Assembly: GCA_027923505.1 (NCBI GenBank)
Contig: BROI01000002.1
Location: forward strand, 1,674,001 to 1,738,000
DNA: 64,000 nucleotides
From: Mayamaea pseudoterrestris
Lineage: Eukaryota
Direction of reading: 5' to 3'
Positions 1 to 11,108 of this stretch are shown here, one piece after another. Numbering within the stretch: position 1 is the stretch's first letter; every line of letters starts with the position of its first letter. The position numbers and the translations under genes were made by a program. Under the pieces are notes generated by a model. That model was not told the DNA's origin. It searched no databases and saw nothing but the letters and a program-made list of their open reading frames with translations.

Positions 1-103
1 TCTTGCTGGAGCCATTCTCGGCATCTTCAATGGCGTTTCGTAGCTCAATGGCCCATCCGTGCTCGGGAGCTTTGGCTCGCTTACTGAAGAAAGAAGAATT
101 CAT
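1..103 (-). CDS. possible 5' end of a gene running off the window (MNSSFFSKRAKAPEHGWAIELRNAIEDAENGSSK...)
   Basis: ATG at 103 on the minus strand, open to the window edge; no recognisable motif. Confidence 0.3.
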   Translation of the reverse strand, partial: MNSSFFSKRAKAPEHGWAIELRNAIEDAENGSSK

Positions 104-545
104 GGGCGAATCGTTCTTGTTGCCGGAAGAAAACGTTCTTCTTCTTGTTTCGCTTATTCGCTTGATATAGAGGCAGCGAAAGAGTGAGCTCAATCACAAT
201 CCTCGCTTCACAACTTTCAATCTCTCGTTGGAGCACAAGGATTGATGTCACAGACAATTAAACAATGTATTGCGCTCAAGGTATGCTTTAACGAAAGGGT
301 CATGGTCATATTCTTTGCGCGACTCTTTTGTTCTTGTTCTTCACCTGCGAGTACCGCTACGATGTGCTAGTACCGGTACGATACGTTTCTGCGAGTTTTC
401 ATTTCTGCCGCAGCCATGAAGGTCAAAGATCACTCTTCGACCGCATCTTGCATGCTTGACCTTGCTGTGAGCGACGGCGACGGTACAAGACTACCTTGCG
501 ATACAACGAAAGTAGTTACGTCTTATTATATTTACAAAGCATCAA

Positions 546-2063
546 ATGAGCACTGAACCGCATATTTCTTCCGTCGTGTGGGGCGATGACGACTCTCGCG
601 ACGATTTCATGGCGCAATTCCTCCACAAGAAAACCCTCGCTATTGCGGCAAACTACAAGCTTTCGCTGACCATTAGCTCCCACTTTGTCACGACGCTCTT
701 TCGTGACTCTCGTCCAATGCAAAATTCAGTGGAAACTGTTTTACACGAAGCTGAAGTTGCGCCCATTCAACGCGTCATTGTTGACGGAACTTGGACGTAC
801 GATGAAGACGTTACGTTGGATAACTACACCAAGATCGTCACCGCTGCTGGTAAAAATACAAATTTGGAGGAGCTTTACTTCAAATACAATCTTGGCAATG
901 CCGAAAAGGTTCACGCAGCGTTGCAGTGCATGCCAAACATTTCGATTCTGACGATTCACTACTTTGTTTCCACCGATCAATTAGAAGTATTGATTGATGA
1001 ACACTCGCGAATCATTGCGTCGGGACTCTCTGGACATGAAAAACTGGAAAATGTCACGTTTTGCATGACTACGGACTTGTCCTTTTATCTGTTGATTCCG
1101 CATTTGCTGCCCGTGCTTCCGACCATGCCACGGCTGACAAAGCTTACCTTGGCAAACACGCAACAACCCGTTCCAGTCATTTCGTTGCAAGCCTGCAAGG
1201 CGATTGCGTCATTGTTGCAGCTGGATGCGCCCAACTTGGTGGTGGAGCTGGAAAGCTTTCATTTTGCAACGAACAGTGGGCGCTGCCGCATCTTGTGCAA
1301 TGCCATTGCGTCGGCCGGTGTCAAGGGCATTAGTCTTCGCTACTGCAAAATCCATAACCTTGACATGCTGGTGAATGCTCTGCAGTTGTCCAAAATCAAG
1401 ACTTTGAGCTTGTTTGCCTGGCAAGTTCGCGACTTTTTGTGCCCGTTTCTAGCCATGCTGGCTCAGTCGCTCCCAAACATGTCGCTGGAGCGGCTTGAGT
1501 TGGATCATCATCGACATGTTTTGAAATTTGACGATGTACTGCGCAACGTTGCTGCCATTGTCCGGGCGGCACCGTCTTGTATCACCCTCAAGAGTTTGCA
1601 AATCCCCTATTCGGGGCAGCGGGGTGCTGCATCGGCGAAACTAGCCCGAGCGCTCGTCGCATGCGTTCGAAGCGAGTCGCAGTTGGAAGAAATTGTCATG
1701 CATTGTCCAGCCGATAAGACATCAAGCGAAGGAAACGACGTCTTTGCTGGATTGGCGGAAGCAATGAAGAACAATTATTATATCAAGCGATTCACGTTTC
1801 AGTACGATTATGCAGTACCCAGTGAAACCATTTTCCCTTGCAATTTGCAGACCCAGTCCCTCATTGACGCTATCACTCGCATGAACAGCTCCGGCCGCAT
1901 TTACGTCAAGCTGGATCCAGCTAATAAGCGAGCTGGTGTCGACGTGCTTGACTCCGTATCCAACAGTTTGGATGGTCTATTCATTCACTTGCTGGAGAAC
2001 CCATCCTTGTGCGCACGCGACGACGTGAATCATGAAAGCAATTGGATTGTCTCCTGGGAATGA
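546..2063 (+). CDS. hypothetical protein with degenerate leucine-rich (RNI-like) repeats
   Basis: 505-aa ORF; recurring LxxLxL motifs (LEELYF, LTKLTL, IKTLSL, LERLEL, LKSLQI); C-terminal 'N..GR....L..LFIHLLENPSLC' tail I associate with an expanded diatom family. Confidence 0.7.
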   Translation: MSTEPHISSVVWGDDDSRDDFMAQFLHKKTLAIAANYKLSLTISSHFVTTLFRDSRPMQNSVETVLHEAEVAPIQRVIVDGTWTYDEDVTLDNYTKIVTAAGKNTNLEELYFKYNLGNAEKVHAALQCMPNISILTIHYFVSTDQLEVLIDEHSRIIASGLSGHEKLENVTFCMTTDLSFYLLIPHLLPVLPTMPRLTKLTLANTQQPVPVISLQACKAIASLLQLDAPNLVVELESFHFATNSGRCRILCNAIASAGVKGISLRYCKIHNLDMLVNALQLSKIKTLSLFAWQVRDFLCPFLAMLAQSLPNMSLERLELDHHRHVLKFDDVLRNVAAIVRAAPSCITLKSLQIPYSGQRGAASAKLARALVACVRSESQLEEIVMHCPADKTSSEGNDVFAGLAEAMKNNYYIKRFTFQYDYAVPSETIFPCNLQTQSLIDAITRMNSSGRIYVKLDPANKRAGVDVLDSVSNSLDGLFIHLLENPSLCARDDVNHESNWIVSWE

Positions 2064-2116
2064 AGCGGCGACGAGAATCACGAAAGCAATCGTATTGTTT
2101 CCTGGGAATGAAGCGA
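2021..2116 (+). repeat. two-copy 48-bp tandem duplication spanning the stop codon
   Basis: cgacgtgaatcatgaaagcaattggattgtctcctgggaatgaagcg at 2021 recurs with a few mismatches at 2069. Confidence 0.85.
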
Positions 2117-2245
2117 TGATTGAGAACAATCTTTCGCAAGCGACTGCGCCCTTTCATTCACCGAACTAGTAATTTCAGCATACATTGCTCTCAAAATACG
2201 TAACACATCAATCAATATATATTATCAAAACACCAACGAAAACTA

Positions 2246-3571
2246 CTACACTGTCGCATTACAGTTTGCCGGATCCATGGTCGTTTGCAGATTCGCATTG
2301 GGCCATTGCGTGAGCATGGGCAGCGGAACGCGCGCATGTTCCGCCAAATGCTCAAAGGCCACCCACATGCTGTATCGCCGTAACGCGTTTGGCTTGCCAC
2401 TGGCCTGAATGATCCATCGATGCAATGGATACTGAATGGCGCCGCTGCAAATGAGCGCCGGCTTGCCAGTGTGTGGATCCACCGACCAGAGTGGACCATG
2501 TGCGTGTCCCGGTGGCAGCGGAATGGCAATCTGCACGCCGGTTTGGTCGTTTTGGTTGTAGGCGTGTTGGTCAGTAACAGTTATATTGCTTGGGTTGGCT
2601 TCGTACGCCAAGTTTTCTGTTTTTGGTAGCGTAGTTTGCATACCCGAGGCAGCGTTGGCGCTGTATACGGCAAGGTGTATCTCGGCAAAGGCTGTGCTCG
2701 TTAAAAGATTGGAGTGGTCGTGGTAGCCGTCGGCGCCTTCATCCTCGCGCAAGGTCCACCACTGCATGTAGCACAATCGACTGCCGTTTGCGTCCTGCAG
2801 CAAAATACCAGCCATGTTGTAGAATTCGACTCCCTGAAAGGCGTCAAAGTAGTTGCCAAACATGTTCCACTTTAAATTCTCCGAAAATGGACCAGCAACG
2901 TCTTTGGCAGGCGACGTTGTCATGTCGGTAATGGGTGTATCCAACGCGTCCGTGGTCACCTTGATGTACACAAAGACTGCTCCATTGGCTCCAGCCTTGA
3001 TTTGCTCCACCGAGTTATCGAGAAACAATGACACGGCTCGATTCGGTGGCGTCACCACAAAGGTTTCCCAATGCCCGTCCGCGCGAAGCAGTCCATTGAG
3101 GTTGACATCCAGGAGCGTGCCACGCAGGATCTTGACCAAGTGGCGTTCACCAGAAGATGGAGCCGGCGGCTCAAAGATTGCATGTGACGCTAAACTGACG
3201 AACGTATAGTTCCACGCCGCTACGGTCCAGGTGGGAGAAACACTCACACTGCTTTTGCAGCTTGCAGCATCTGGAAGCTTGACGATGACGTTGCTCGCGT
3301 TGTGCCAGTCCATGGGAATTCCGAGTGGATATTCATCAATGGCTTGGAGCTTGACGTCAAAGGCGCAGGATCCTGTCGTTGCGACAGGAGATCCGCCTGA
3401 GACAATGGATTCTGATGCAGTTGTTGTTGCACTCGTCGTTGTTGTCGTTGCTGCTGCTGGAACAAAGTCGCCTCGCAGACCCTTGCGAAGCGTTGCTCCG
3501 TCAATGGCGAGATCGGCAATGAGAATGGCAGCAATCGCCAAGAGTGGTAAAAGGTAGGATCGGTCCGACAT
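2246..3571 (-). CDS. secreted or signal-anchored protein with an aldos-2-ulose dehydratase/isomerase (AUDH)-like cupin domain
   Basis: 441-aa ORF; N-terminal hydrophobic stretch, then a Thr/Ser linker; motifs GYHDH...FAEIH...HGPLW...P...IQYPLHRW...WVAFE in the order recalled for the AUDH cupin domain. Confidence 0.7.
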   Translation of the reverse strand: MSDRSYLLPLLAIAAILIADLAIDGATLRKGLRGDFVPAAATTTTTSATTTASESIVSGGSPVATTGSCAFDVKLQAIDEYPLGIPMDWHNASNVIVKLPDAASCKSSVSVSPTWTVAAWNYTFVSLASHAIFEPPAPSSGERHLVKILRGTLLDVNLNGLLRADGHWETFVVTPPNRAVSLFLDNSVEQIKAGANGAVFVYIKVTTDALDTPITDMTTSPAKDVAGPFSENLKWNMFGNYFDAFQGVEFYNMAGILLQDANGSRLCYMQWWTLREDEGADGYHDHSNLLTSTAFAEIHLAVYSANAASGMQTTLPKTENLAYEANPSNITVTDQHAYNQNDQTGVQIAIPLPPGHAHGPLWSVDPHTGKPALICSGAIQYPLHRWIIQASGKPNALRRYSMWVAFEHLAEHARVPLPMLTQWPNANLQTTMDPANCNATV

Positions 3572-3951
3572 GGTTCACAAGGAGTTATGTTTGTATGTAT
3601 GCTTTTCGCTCCATGCCCTTGTCCTTGACAAGCGATCAGTCTTTTTTGTCGAATAATGAGCGCGCAGCTGCGTTCAAAAGGTCATTTGAGACACTCGACT
3701 ATGCCTCTGGTCGTGCGAATCGACCTCGCGCGTTCCGATTCGCTGTTCGACTTCTGCATTTTGTATTGCCTGGTCATTTCTGGCAATCGTTTGTCCCGAA
3801 GAAATATCAACAGGACACGCTTCAATGTTCGCTGCGACGAAAAAGTCATCTGATGGTCATTTTCGACGAGATCTGCCCATTTGCATGACGGCAAATCTTT
3901 TTCGATCCATTGCCTCGCTTGCCCATACAAATAATCATCAAGGTTGTCACC

Positions 3952-5472
3952 ATGGTCAAGTTCCCAGTCACAGCCTTGGCTCTCTGCTCGGCCTTGCTCT
4001 TGCTAGAGACGGCAAAGGCTGAAACTTTCTTTGTCGACACGGAGTGTCAGGACTTTTGCGACACGTAAGTTTATGGAAAAGATGCGGAGGAGAAGCCTGT
4101 TGCTAACGCACCGCAAAAGAGTCTCGATACAATTTGTTGCGGCCCTAGGTAATTGTGATTTTAACCTTGCTCTTATCTTGGACGCAGATACTTTAAGATA
4201 TGCCAGAGTAGCAATGCCTACACGAATCCGTCTCCTTCCGACATAGTTCACCGACAATTAGTGACAAGCGCCGAACCAATTCTTCATCGACTAAATAATG
4301 GATCCAGTTTCAGCAAGGACATTCTACATTGTCAAATGGATTGCATGCTGTATCCTCGTCCAGCCTCGCCGGATGAGTATGTCACGCCACTCAAGTTTGG
4401 AAGCAACCTTGGCAGCGATACCTTTTGGTGCCGCAAGCGTCACTTGTCACTCGCCGCTCGCGTCGAAGGCAACAGTTTCAACGATCCCACCTTTCATTGC
4501 TACCATGCCGGCCCTACTGGAGGAAGCATTTGCAGAGACGTTCAAATCGATGGAGCGACTCCGTACGAATACTTGCGAGACGGCCAAGACACTCGTCACC
4601 ACATTGCGTACTGCGACTTGGCGGGCAACAATACCGTCGCCGACTGCACGCAAATGTACATTACGGATGACACCTTGCCGTATGCACTGCAGTGGCTTCC
4701 CAGTACGGTCCAATATTTGTTACTCAACGGTAATCCTGGCATTACCAATCTGACAGCCGGCATTTTCAAAAACAATCTTGAGAATCCAAAAGGCTTGAAG
4801 GCATTGTTCATGGACGAATGCAACATTACCTTTATTGACTCGCGCGCCTTTGCCGGTCTCGACCACTTGGAAGCCTTGAACTTGAACATGAACTTGATGA
4901 CGTCCTTTCCCGAAAAGATGCTGGAACCAACCAGACGGTTGCGACAGCTTTCGGCCATTACTTCCGGCTCCAAGTACGCCAGCCTCGTTGGTCTCCCGGA
5001 CGATTTATTTAGCTACACGCCCAACATGCAGCGCATCATCATTTACGGACATGCCAGCATTACTTCGTTTCCGGCCAATATTTTTAGAAACTTGACCGAA
5101 TGTCAAATCATCTCCTTTGTCAACTGCGGTTTTACCAATGCTGGTTTTCCGGATGGAGTCTTTAGCGATATGACCAGTCTCATGTATTTTGACTTTTTTG
5201 GTAACAAGCTCACGAAAGTGGAGAAGCGCTGGTTCAGCGGAAGCTGGGGCAAAAACGTTTTGCGACTGGCGCTGGATACCAACCAAATCACGTCGGTGGA
5301 AACGGGCGCACTCGACTCGCTGATCAACTTGGAAGTCTTGTACCTGCATCGCAACAAGGAACTATTGACCATTCCAAAGAGTGTGATTGCCAACAATACC
5401 AAGTTGCGACACTTGACGCTGCAGGGCAACCAAGATTACATTCCAGCCTTTCGCGACCGGGACGAGTTGTAG
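3952..5472 (+). CDS. secreted Cys/His-rich domain + leucine-rich-repeat protein; exons 3952-4064 and 4188-5472
   Basis: exon 1 gives signal peptide MVKFPVTALALCSALLLLETAKA; GTAAGT donor at 4065 and CAG acceptor at 4187 join in frame to ORF 4261-5472; LxxLxLxxN repeats (LEALNLNMN, LEVLYLHRN, LRHLTLQGN). Confidence 0.8.
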
Positions 5473-5704
5473 GCCACCTCCAGAACTTTGAAAAGTATGT
5501 AAACTTATGTTTAATTATTTTTTGTTTAATGCGATGTGTCATTTTGTCTACCTGTATGCAATTCTGTACCGTTGTTGGCCCATGACTCGAGGCGCCATGG
5601 GCAAGGAGTGCTAGCTAGCGAGTACCAGTGAGATGCTAAAACCGCTATGACGCGTATTTTCCAAGAGTGCGTGAATCTCTCACATCCATTTCCACAAAAC
5701 AGCC

Positions 5705-8389
5705 ATGGCAAGTGAGGCAATCAATGGACGAAGTCAACGTTTCCGAGACTGCATTACAATTACATTTGCGCTATTAGGCCTCTATTGGTTCGCCTCATCA
5801 TTCTTTTTGGCCAAGAAGAATCTTTCCCTCGTGTCTTCATGTCATGAATCGGAGACACTTCTCACACAAGTCCTTGGCTTGACGGAAACTCATATAAGTT
5901 TGCTACAAACCCAAGGAATTCTTTCCAAATCATCTGAATCAAGTCGTCAAGGATGTTGGATGCCTCGGCGAGTGGAATCCGTCATGCTGTTGCTTGTCGA
6001 CGCGCTTCGGTTTGACTTTTGCCTTTACAATCTACCAAAATCCGTCGGCTCGAGACTGCCGTCACTCAAGCAGCAGCAAAACGATGATTATTTGAATCAA
6101 ACGACTCGACTCTTTCGCTTCGTCGCCGATCCTCCGACTGTGACAATGCAGCGCCTCAAAGCCTTGACGACTGGTGGCTTGCCAACCTTTGCCGACATTT
6201 CCGCCAATTTCGGAGGAGCCTCGCTCGAGGAAGACTCCTGGCTGCATCAGCTCATGAAACATACGCGCGACGACTATGCGGCTCGCGGACGCCGTCAACC
6301 AGCGCAGTCAGCCTTTGTCGGCGACGATACGTGGATTGACTTGTTTCCAAATTTGTTTACGCAAGCACATCCCTATCCAAGCTTCAATACGCGCGATTTA
6401 AACACGGTGGACGATGGATGCATGGCGCATTTGCCAAACTTGACGCACAGCTTTCTCCACAATGACTTGGAAATGGTGATTGTCCACTTTTTGGGCGTTG
6501 ACCACGTTGGTCATACCTACGGCCCTCACAATGTACACATGGATGCCAAGCTCCAGCAAATGGACCATGCACTCGCCAACGTGTTGGATCAAGTGGACGC
6601 TTCCAATAGCTCATGTCAAGCCGTCTTGATCTTTGGGGATCACGGCATGACCGAGGACGGCAACCACGGTGGCGGCACCGAGGAGGAAGTCAGTGCGGCC
6701 TTATTTGTCCACGTTTCGCCCGCGTGCGAAGATATGAATGAAGCGATTGCGCTGGAGCGCGACTCGTCCTTGCTGTGGAGCGCCTCGCAAACCTTTGCGT
6801 CGATACACCAGATTGACATGGTTTCTACCTTGTCCATGATGTTGGGACTACCTATCCCGTTTGCGAATTTGGGAAGCATGGTGCCGTCGCTGCTGCCGGG
6901 GTATGGGCATTTGCATGTAGCCACGTCGCTAGCGCTCAACGCCGCCCAAGTATGGAGATACTTGACCATTTACTCGGAAACGGCCAACAAGCTGCCTTTG
7001 GGAAATTTGAAAATGCAGCTTGATATTGCAGTGTCTGCCTATCAAAATGTTTTGGATGCGCTTCGCCAAGACAAGGTGCTGGACGCTGACAAGTGCAACC
7101 AAGCTTCGGGGCTGCTCAAGTTGTTCTTAACGGAAGCACTTGCCCTGGGTCAGCGCGTCTGGACTCGCTTTGACAATGTTGGAATGATTGGCGGAGTTAC
7201 AGTGCTGCTGCTCGCCAGTGTCGCATACGCTTCTCCGTTGGCCAGTGATGGCTTTAAGCATTTACGTCGCCTGCAGCGCGACCACATGTTGGAAGTGTCT
7301 CTTGCACTATTCGCCATGCTGTTTCTTTGTGGACTACTCACGTTCAGCAACAGCTACATTTACGAGGAACAGCATGTAATCATGTTTTCCATGTCACTTG
7401 TATCAATTGCAGTGGCTGCGCGAATACGAAACGACTCAAAGTCGTGCACGGTGTGGCGCGGCGTGCTTGTATTGCCGATTGCTTCCAGACTGAATGAAGT
7501 GTTAATATCGGGACATGGACTTGATCCCTCCATGCAGGCTCACTTGGCTCACCACCCGCTGGTCTTTGTGGCGAGTCTTGCAGCGCTGGCTGCTATTCGA
7601 TGTTATTGGTACCAATGTCGAATCATCAAGTCGTTTTGGCAAGCGACGCTCGACTGCCTTGTACTGTTCTTCTTGGCTGGGAGCTGGTGGGAGAAGAGTC
7701 TTGCGGATCCTAGCCGGAACGGGTTCGTTCTGTGCCGCATCGCACTGTTTTGGCTGGCAGTGGGAACCTTCACCGCGTTCCGCGATGCCATGACTGCTAA
7801 CAATACAGTGGCTAGTCCTAATGATGCCTACCCGACGGCTACCTTCTCAGCACTCTTCAAAATGGCGATGGCTATTATGATAGTGACGGGCCCATCTGGG
7901 GCCGCTTCACTCGTCTTTCTTTTGCTTCAGGCCATGTCAATCTACATGTTGTCGCAGCTCGTTGGATCACTGCGAATCCATTCATTCGTCATTGCCACAA
8001 TGAGTCGGCTGGTGATTCGCCACATGTTCTTTGCCACAAACCACGGCTGCGCCTTTAACCGACTGCAGTATTCGTCAGCCTTTGTCGCGACTGACGAATT
8101 CTACTTTGTATTTGGAGGCCTTTCCTTGTTTCTCAATACCTTTGGATGGGAACTATTTGGTTTGGCGTTTGTTTACATGCTCAGCAAACAACACCACCGC
8201 CATTCTCTATGCCGCATATATACGTTGCTGCAGCTGCTGGAAGCGCTCACAAGCTGCGTTTCCGTGGCCATGTTGCGACGACACCTCATGGTGTGGGACG
8301 TTTACGCGCCGCATTTCATCTTTGTCTCTATTTTTACCGCTCTGCATGGACTCTGGCTGCTCTCCTGTAACTTGCTATCAATACTATAG
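5705..8389 (+). CDS. PIGO: GPI ethanolamine phosphate transferase 3 (PIG-O/Gpi13)
   Basis: 894 aa; VDALRFDF, ADPPTVTMQRLKALTTGGLPTF, HFLGVDHVGH, GDHGM..GNHGG, many TM helices, C-terminal RRHLMVW..APHF. Confidence 0.93.
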   Translation: MASEAINGRSQRFRDCITITFALLGLYWFASSFFLAKKNLSLVSSCHESETLLTQVLGLTETHISLLQTQGILSKSSESSRQGCWMPRRVESVMLLLVDALRFDFCLYNLPKSVGSRLPSLKQQQNDDYLNQTTRLFRFVADPPTVTMQRLKALTTGGLPTFADISANFGGASLEEDSWLHQLMKHTRDDYAARGRRQPAQSAFVGDDTWIDLFPNLFTQAHPYPSFNTRDLNTVDDGCMAHLPNLTHSFLHNDLEMVIVHFLGVDHVGHTYGPHNVHMDAKLQQMDHALANVLDQVDASNSSCQAVLIFGDHGMTEDGNHGGGTEEEVSAALFVHVSPACEDMNEAIALERDSSLLWSASQTFASIHQIDMVSTLSMMLGLPIPFANLGSMVPSLLPGYGHLHVATSLALNAAQVWRYLTIYSETANKLPLGNLKMQLDIAVSAYQNVLDALRQDKVLDADKCNQASGLLKLFLTEALALGQRVWTRFDNVGMIGGVTVLLLASVAYASPLASDGFKHLRRLQRDHMLEVSLALFAMLFLCGLLTFSNSYIYEEQHVIMFSMSLVSIAVAARIRNDSKSCTVWRGVLVLPIASRLNEVLISGHGLDPSMQAHLAHHPLVFVASLAALAAIRCYWYQCRIIKSFWQATLDCLVLFFLAGSWWEKSLADPSRNGFVLCRIALFWLAVGTFTAFRDAMTANNTVASPNDAYPTATFSALFKMAMAIMIVTGPSGAASLVFLLLQAMSIYMLSQLVGSLRIHSFVIATMSRLVIRHMFFATNHGCAFNRLQYSSAFVATDEFYFVFGGLSLFLNTFGWELFGLAFVYMLSKQHHRHSLCRIYTLLQLLEALTSCVSVAMLRRHLMVWDVYAPHFIFVSIFTALHGLWLLSCNLLSIL

Positions 8390-8630
8390 ACTTGTGTAAA
8401 TCGTGTACGAAATATGGTATACTACGGTTAGCATTTGATGGCAGCTAAAACAATGCGGGAGGGTACAGTACAGTACCTTGACCAGAGTATATATAGGCGA
8501 TAGTCGTAGCGGTAATGGAGTGCGGACGTCCACGCGTTCCTTTTTTCTTCTGCGAAACATCAACATGATGTGCAAAAGTAAAGACCAGGCGAGCTGCCCA
8601 TCAATTAAATTTAGATGCAAGAGCCTTGAT

Positions 8631-10727
8631 ATGAAGCAAAGACTATACTATTATACATTCATTCTTATCGTCTGCAAAAGTTCCATCGTAACGGCGTTTG
8701 GCGCGACACCATTGCCTGGCGGCGGCGTTTCGACATGTCGAAACCTTTGTCGACAAAACCGACGGCAATGTCATCATATGACAACCATAAATGCGCAGCA
8801 ACGGCGAGCCGTTTTTTACGACGACAATGAGAATAGCAATGACCTTAATTATGTAAATGATGTTATTGATGACGATGAAAGCAGCCACTACTACGAAACT
8901 ACTTCATTGGATCGCATGACGACGACGAGAACGAACGACGGAAACAATCTGCTGCGACGAAATCTGCAAAAACCAATAACTGGCGCCGCACCATTAATCA
9001 AGCGACGGAACGAAGATAGATATTTTGACGAGTATAAATATGAGCAGGAAGAAGACGATGATGAGAATGATTACAACGACGACGATGACGATTACGACGA
9101 CGACGACGACGTAGACGACGAGGCAAAAACGACTGGAAACTTTTGGTCAAATCCCAACGCTGCTTCCATGGACCGATTTCGCCAGCGGCAGCAGCTGCCA
9201 CGGCGAGATGCTTCCACTAGGCCACGGATGTCCAGTCGAGGCCGAAGAGGAGATCCTTCATCGCAGCAGCAGCAGCAGCAGCAGCAGCAACGGAGACGAT
9301 CTACCTTTCGGTCCGGAACGCCTCCGCCACCGGCACCCTTTCGCGACTTTTACAATAAACTCTTTTGGTACGGCGTCAACGATGATAGTGACGACATAAA
9401 TGATGACGACCGTAATCCAGCCGATCCAACCATGTTTGGAGGTACCAAGGGAAAGTTCAACGGACTGGCGTATCTAAAAGTGGCAGCGTCAGACGAGCCC
9501 GACTATGACACTGCGGCGAGACGACAACGTCGACGACGACCTGCAACGAATCGAGAGGATGCTTCAACAGTTAGAGTATTACGTGGACCACCAGGAGAGT
9601 CACGCACGGAAGTGACGCCGCCGGATGATCCTCCCAACCCATGGCCAAGCACGCAACAACGACGACGGCGCAACGCGCCAGATTGGCCGGCGGAAACGGT
9701 GTCGTCGTGGTTTGACGAAGGCGACGATAACGATTTATATGACGACGATGACTATCAAGACGATCAAGATGATGAACGCTACAACAAGCAGCAGCAACAA
9801 TCAGACTCGCGAAAACGATCATCATCACCACTGTGGAAGGCGATTGACTCGTTCCTTGGCCTGGATCGACAAGAGATGCAGAGACAAGCGACATGGTACA
9901 ATGATCAAATGGGAATCGACAAGAATAGACAGCGGCAACGGCCAAAACAACCAATAAAGCAGCAGCAGCAGCAGCAGCGACGTCCACGTCCTGGTTATCT
10001 ATACGCCATGGGCGAGGACGATTTAGAGGATGAAACGTTTAATGGTGGTGAGGATGAAGTTGTGGTAGATGTCGATCCAAAACCCGTGGTTGACGGTTCC
10101 AATAAAGACGGACCAAACGTAGCAGCGGTCAATGACGATGACGATAATAAAGACAGCATGGCAGCGGCGCAGAAGAAGGACCTTTCCTGGCAGGAGCGAG
10201 CAGCTGCCGTGGAACGTGTTCCTCCAGCTGGAATACCGGCATGGGGACCATCCGGCGAGCTGGACATTGACGCACGCACCAAGAGCATTCTTGACGCGCT
10301 GGAAGATGTCGTCAATGCCAAACTGCGCGTCAGCGAGCAAGAAAAGCTTGTGGAACTTGCCAAGGAGCAAGTGTCAGTGCTGCGGGTGGAGGCGCAACTA
10401 ACGCAACGGCGCCTCGAGCAATCGCGACAACCTATCAACACAATGCAAAACGCGCTACGCAAGCTTGACTTTGACGTTGAAGAAGCTTCACGCAAACTGC
10501 GGCTATGCAAGAGTCGGCTATCTTTCGCCAAGGAAGAGTTGGCTGACTTGGAAGCTCGCCACTGGGCAGTCTTGAGCTTTTACAATCCCGATGTGGTGGC
10601 AGCGAATCTTGCGGATGCCTTTCGTGAATTGGAAGAAAGTGAACCGGCGGTGAAACAGTACAAGGAGGAAATGGAGGCGTCAGAGTCATCGGCAACGACA
10701 TTAGAAACGAGTAACGAAAAGGAATGA
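8631..10727 (+). CDS. hypothetical low-complexity/coiled-coil protein, probably plastid-targeted
   Basis: long ORF (track start 8478 is TTG; ATG at 8631 gives a signal peptide ending VTA-F, ASAFAP-like); D/R/Q-rich body, coiled-coil C-terminus. Confidence 0.75.
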   Translation: MKQRLYYYTFILIVCKSSIVTAFGATPLPGGGVSTCRNLCRQNRRQCHHMTTINAQQRRAVFYDDNENSNDLNYVNDVIDDDESSHYYETTSLDRMTTTRTNDGNNLLRRNLQKPITGAAPLIKRRNEDRYFDEYKYEQEEDDDENDYNDDDDDYDDDDDVDDEAKTTGNFWSNPNAASMDRFRQRQQLPRRDASTRPRMSSRGRRGDPSSQQQQQQQQQRRRSTFRSGTPPPPAPFRDFYNKLFWYGVNDDSDDINDDDRNPADPTMFGGTKGKFNGLAYLKVAASDEPDYDTAARRQRRRRPATNREDASTVRVLRGPPGESRTEVTPPDDPPNPWPSTQQRRRRNAPDWPAETVSSWFDEGDDNDLYDDDDYQDDQDDERYNKQQQQSDSRKRSSSPLWKAIDSFLGLDRQEMQRQATWYNDQMGIDKNRQRQRPKQPIKQQQQQQRRPRPGYLYAMGEDDLEDETFNGGEDEVVVDVDPKPVVDGSNKDGPNVAAVNDDDDNKDSMAAAQKKDLSWQERAAAVERVPPAGIPAWGPSGELDIDARTKSILDALEDVVNAKLRVSEQEKLVELAKEQVSVLRVEAQLTQRRLEQSRQPINTMQNALRKLDFDVEEASRKLRLCKSRLSFAKEELADLEARHWAVLSFYNPDVVAANLADAFRELEESEPAVKQYKEEMEASESSATTLETSNEKE

Positions 10728-11108
10728 TCATATAACATTCGAACTGACTAAACAATTCTAAGCAAGCGCATTTTACGCTATGGTTAAGCAATTGCTTGCC
10801 TTTGGATATGGCTTGATACGTTAGTTAGTACCTAGTTTACCAAGCGCTCGTCCCGGTACTGCACTGGTGGTTGGGTTTGCGATCTCAGAGCTTGTTCCGC
10901 TGTCGCTCTTTAAATATTTAGCACATGGAAAGTGTTGGTGGTCTGAGCAGCCCCAAGTAGTGCGATTGACCATTCTTTTTAAAATTTTTGGTTCAATTAT
11001 ACGTGTTCAGGAGGCGTAGCAAGTCAGAGACCCAAACACGCCACGAGAGACAAGAACCGTGTATATAGGTTGTGATTGACTGAGAGCGATGGATGCCCTG
11101 CAGAACAA

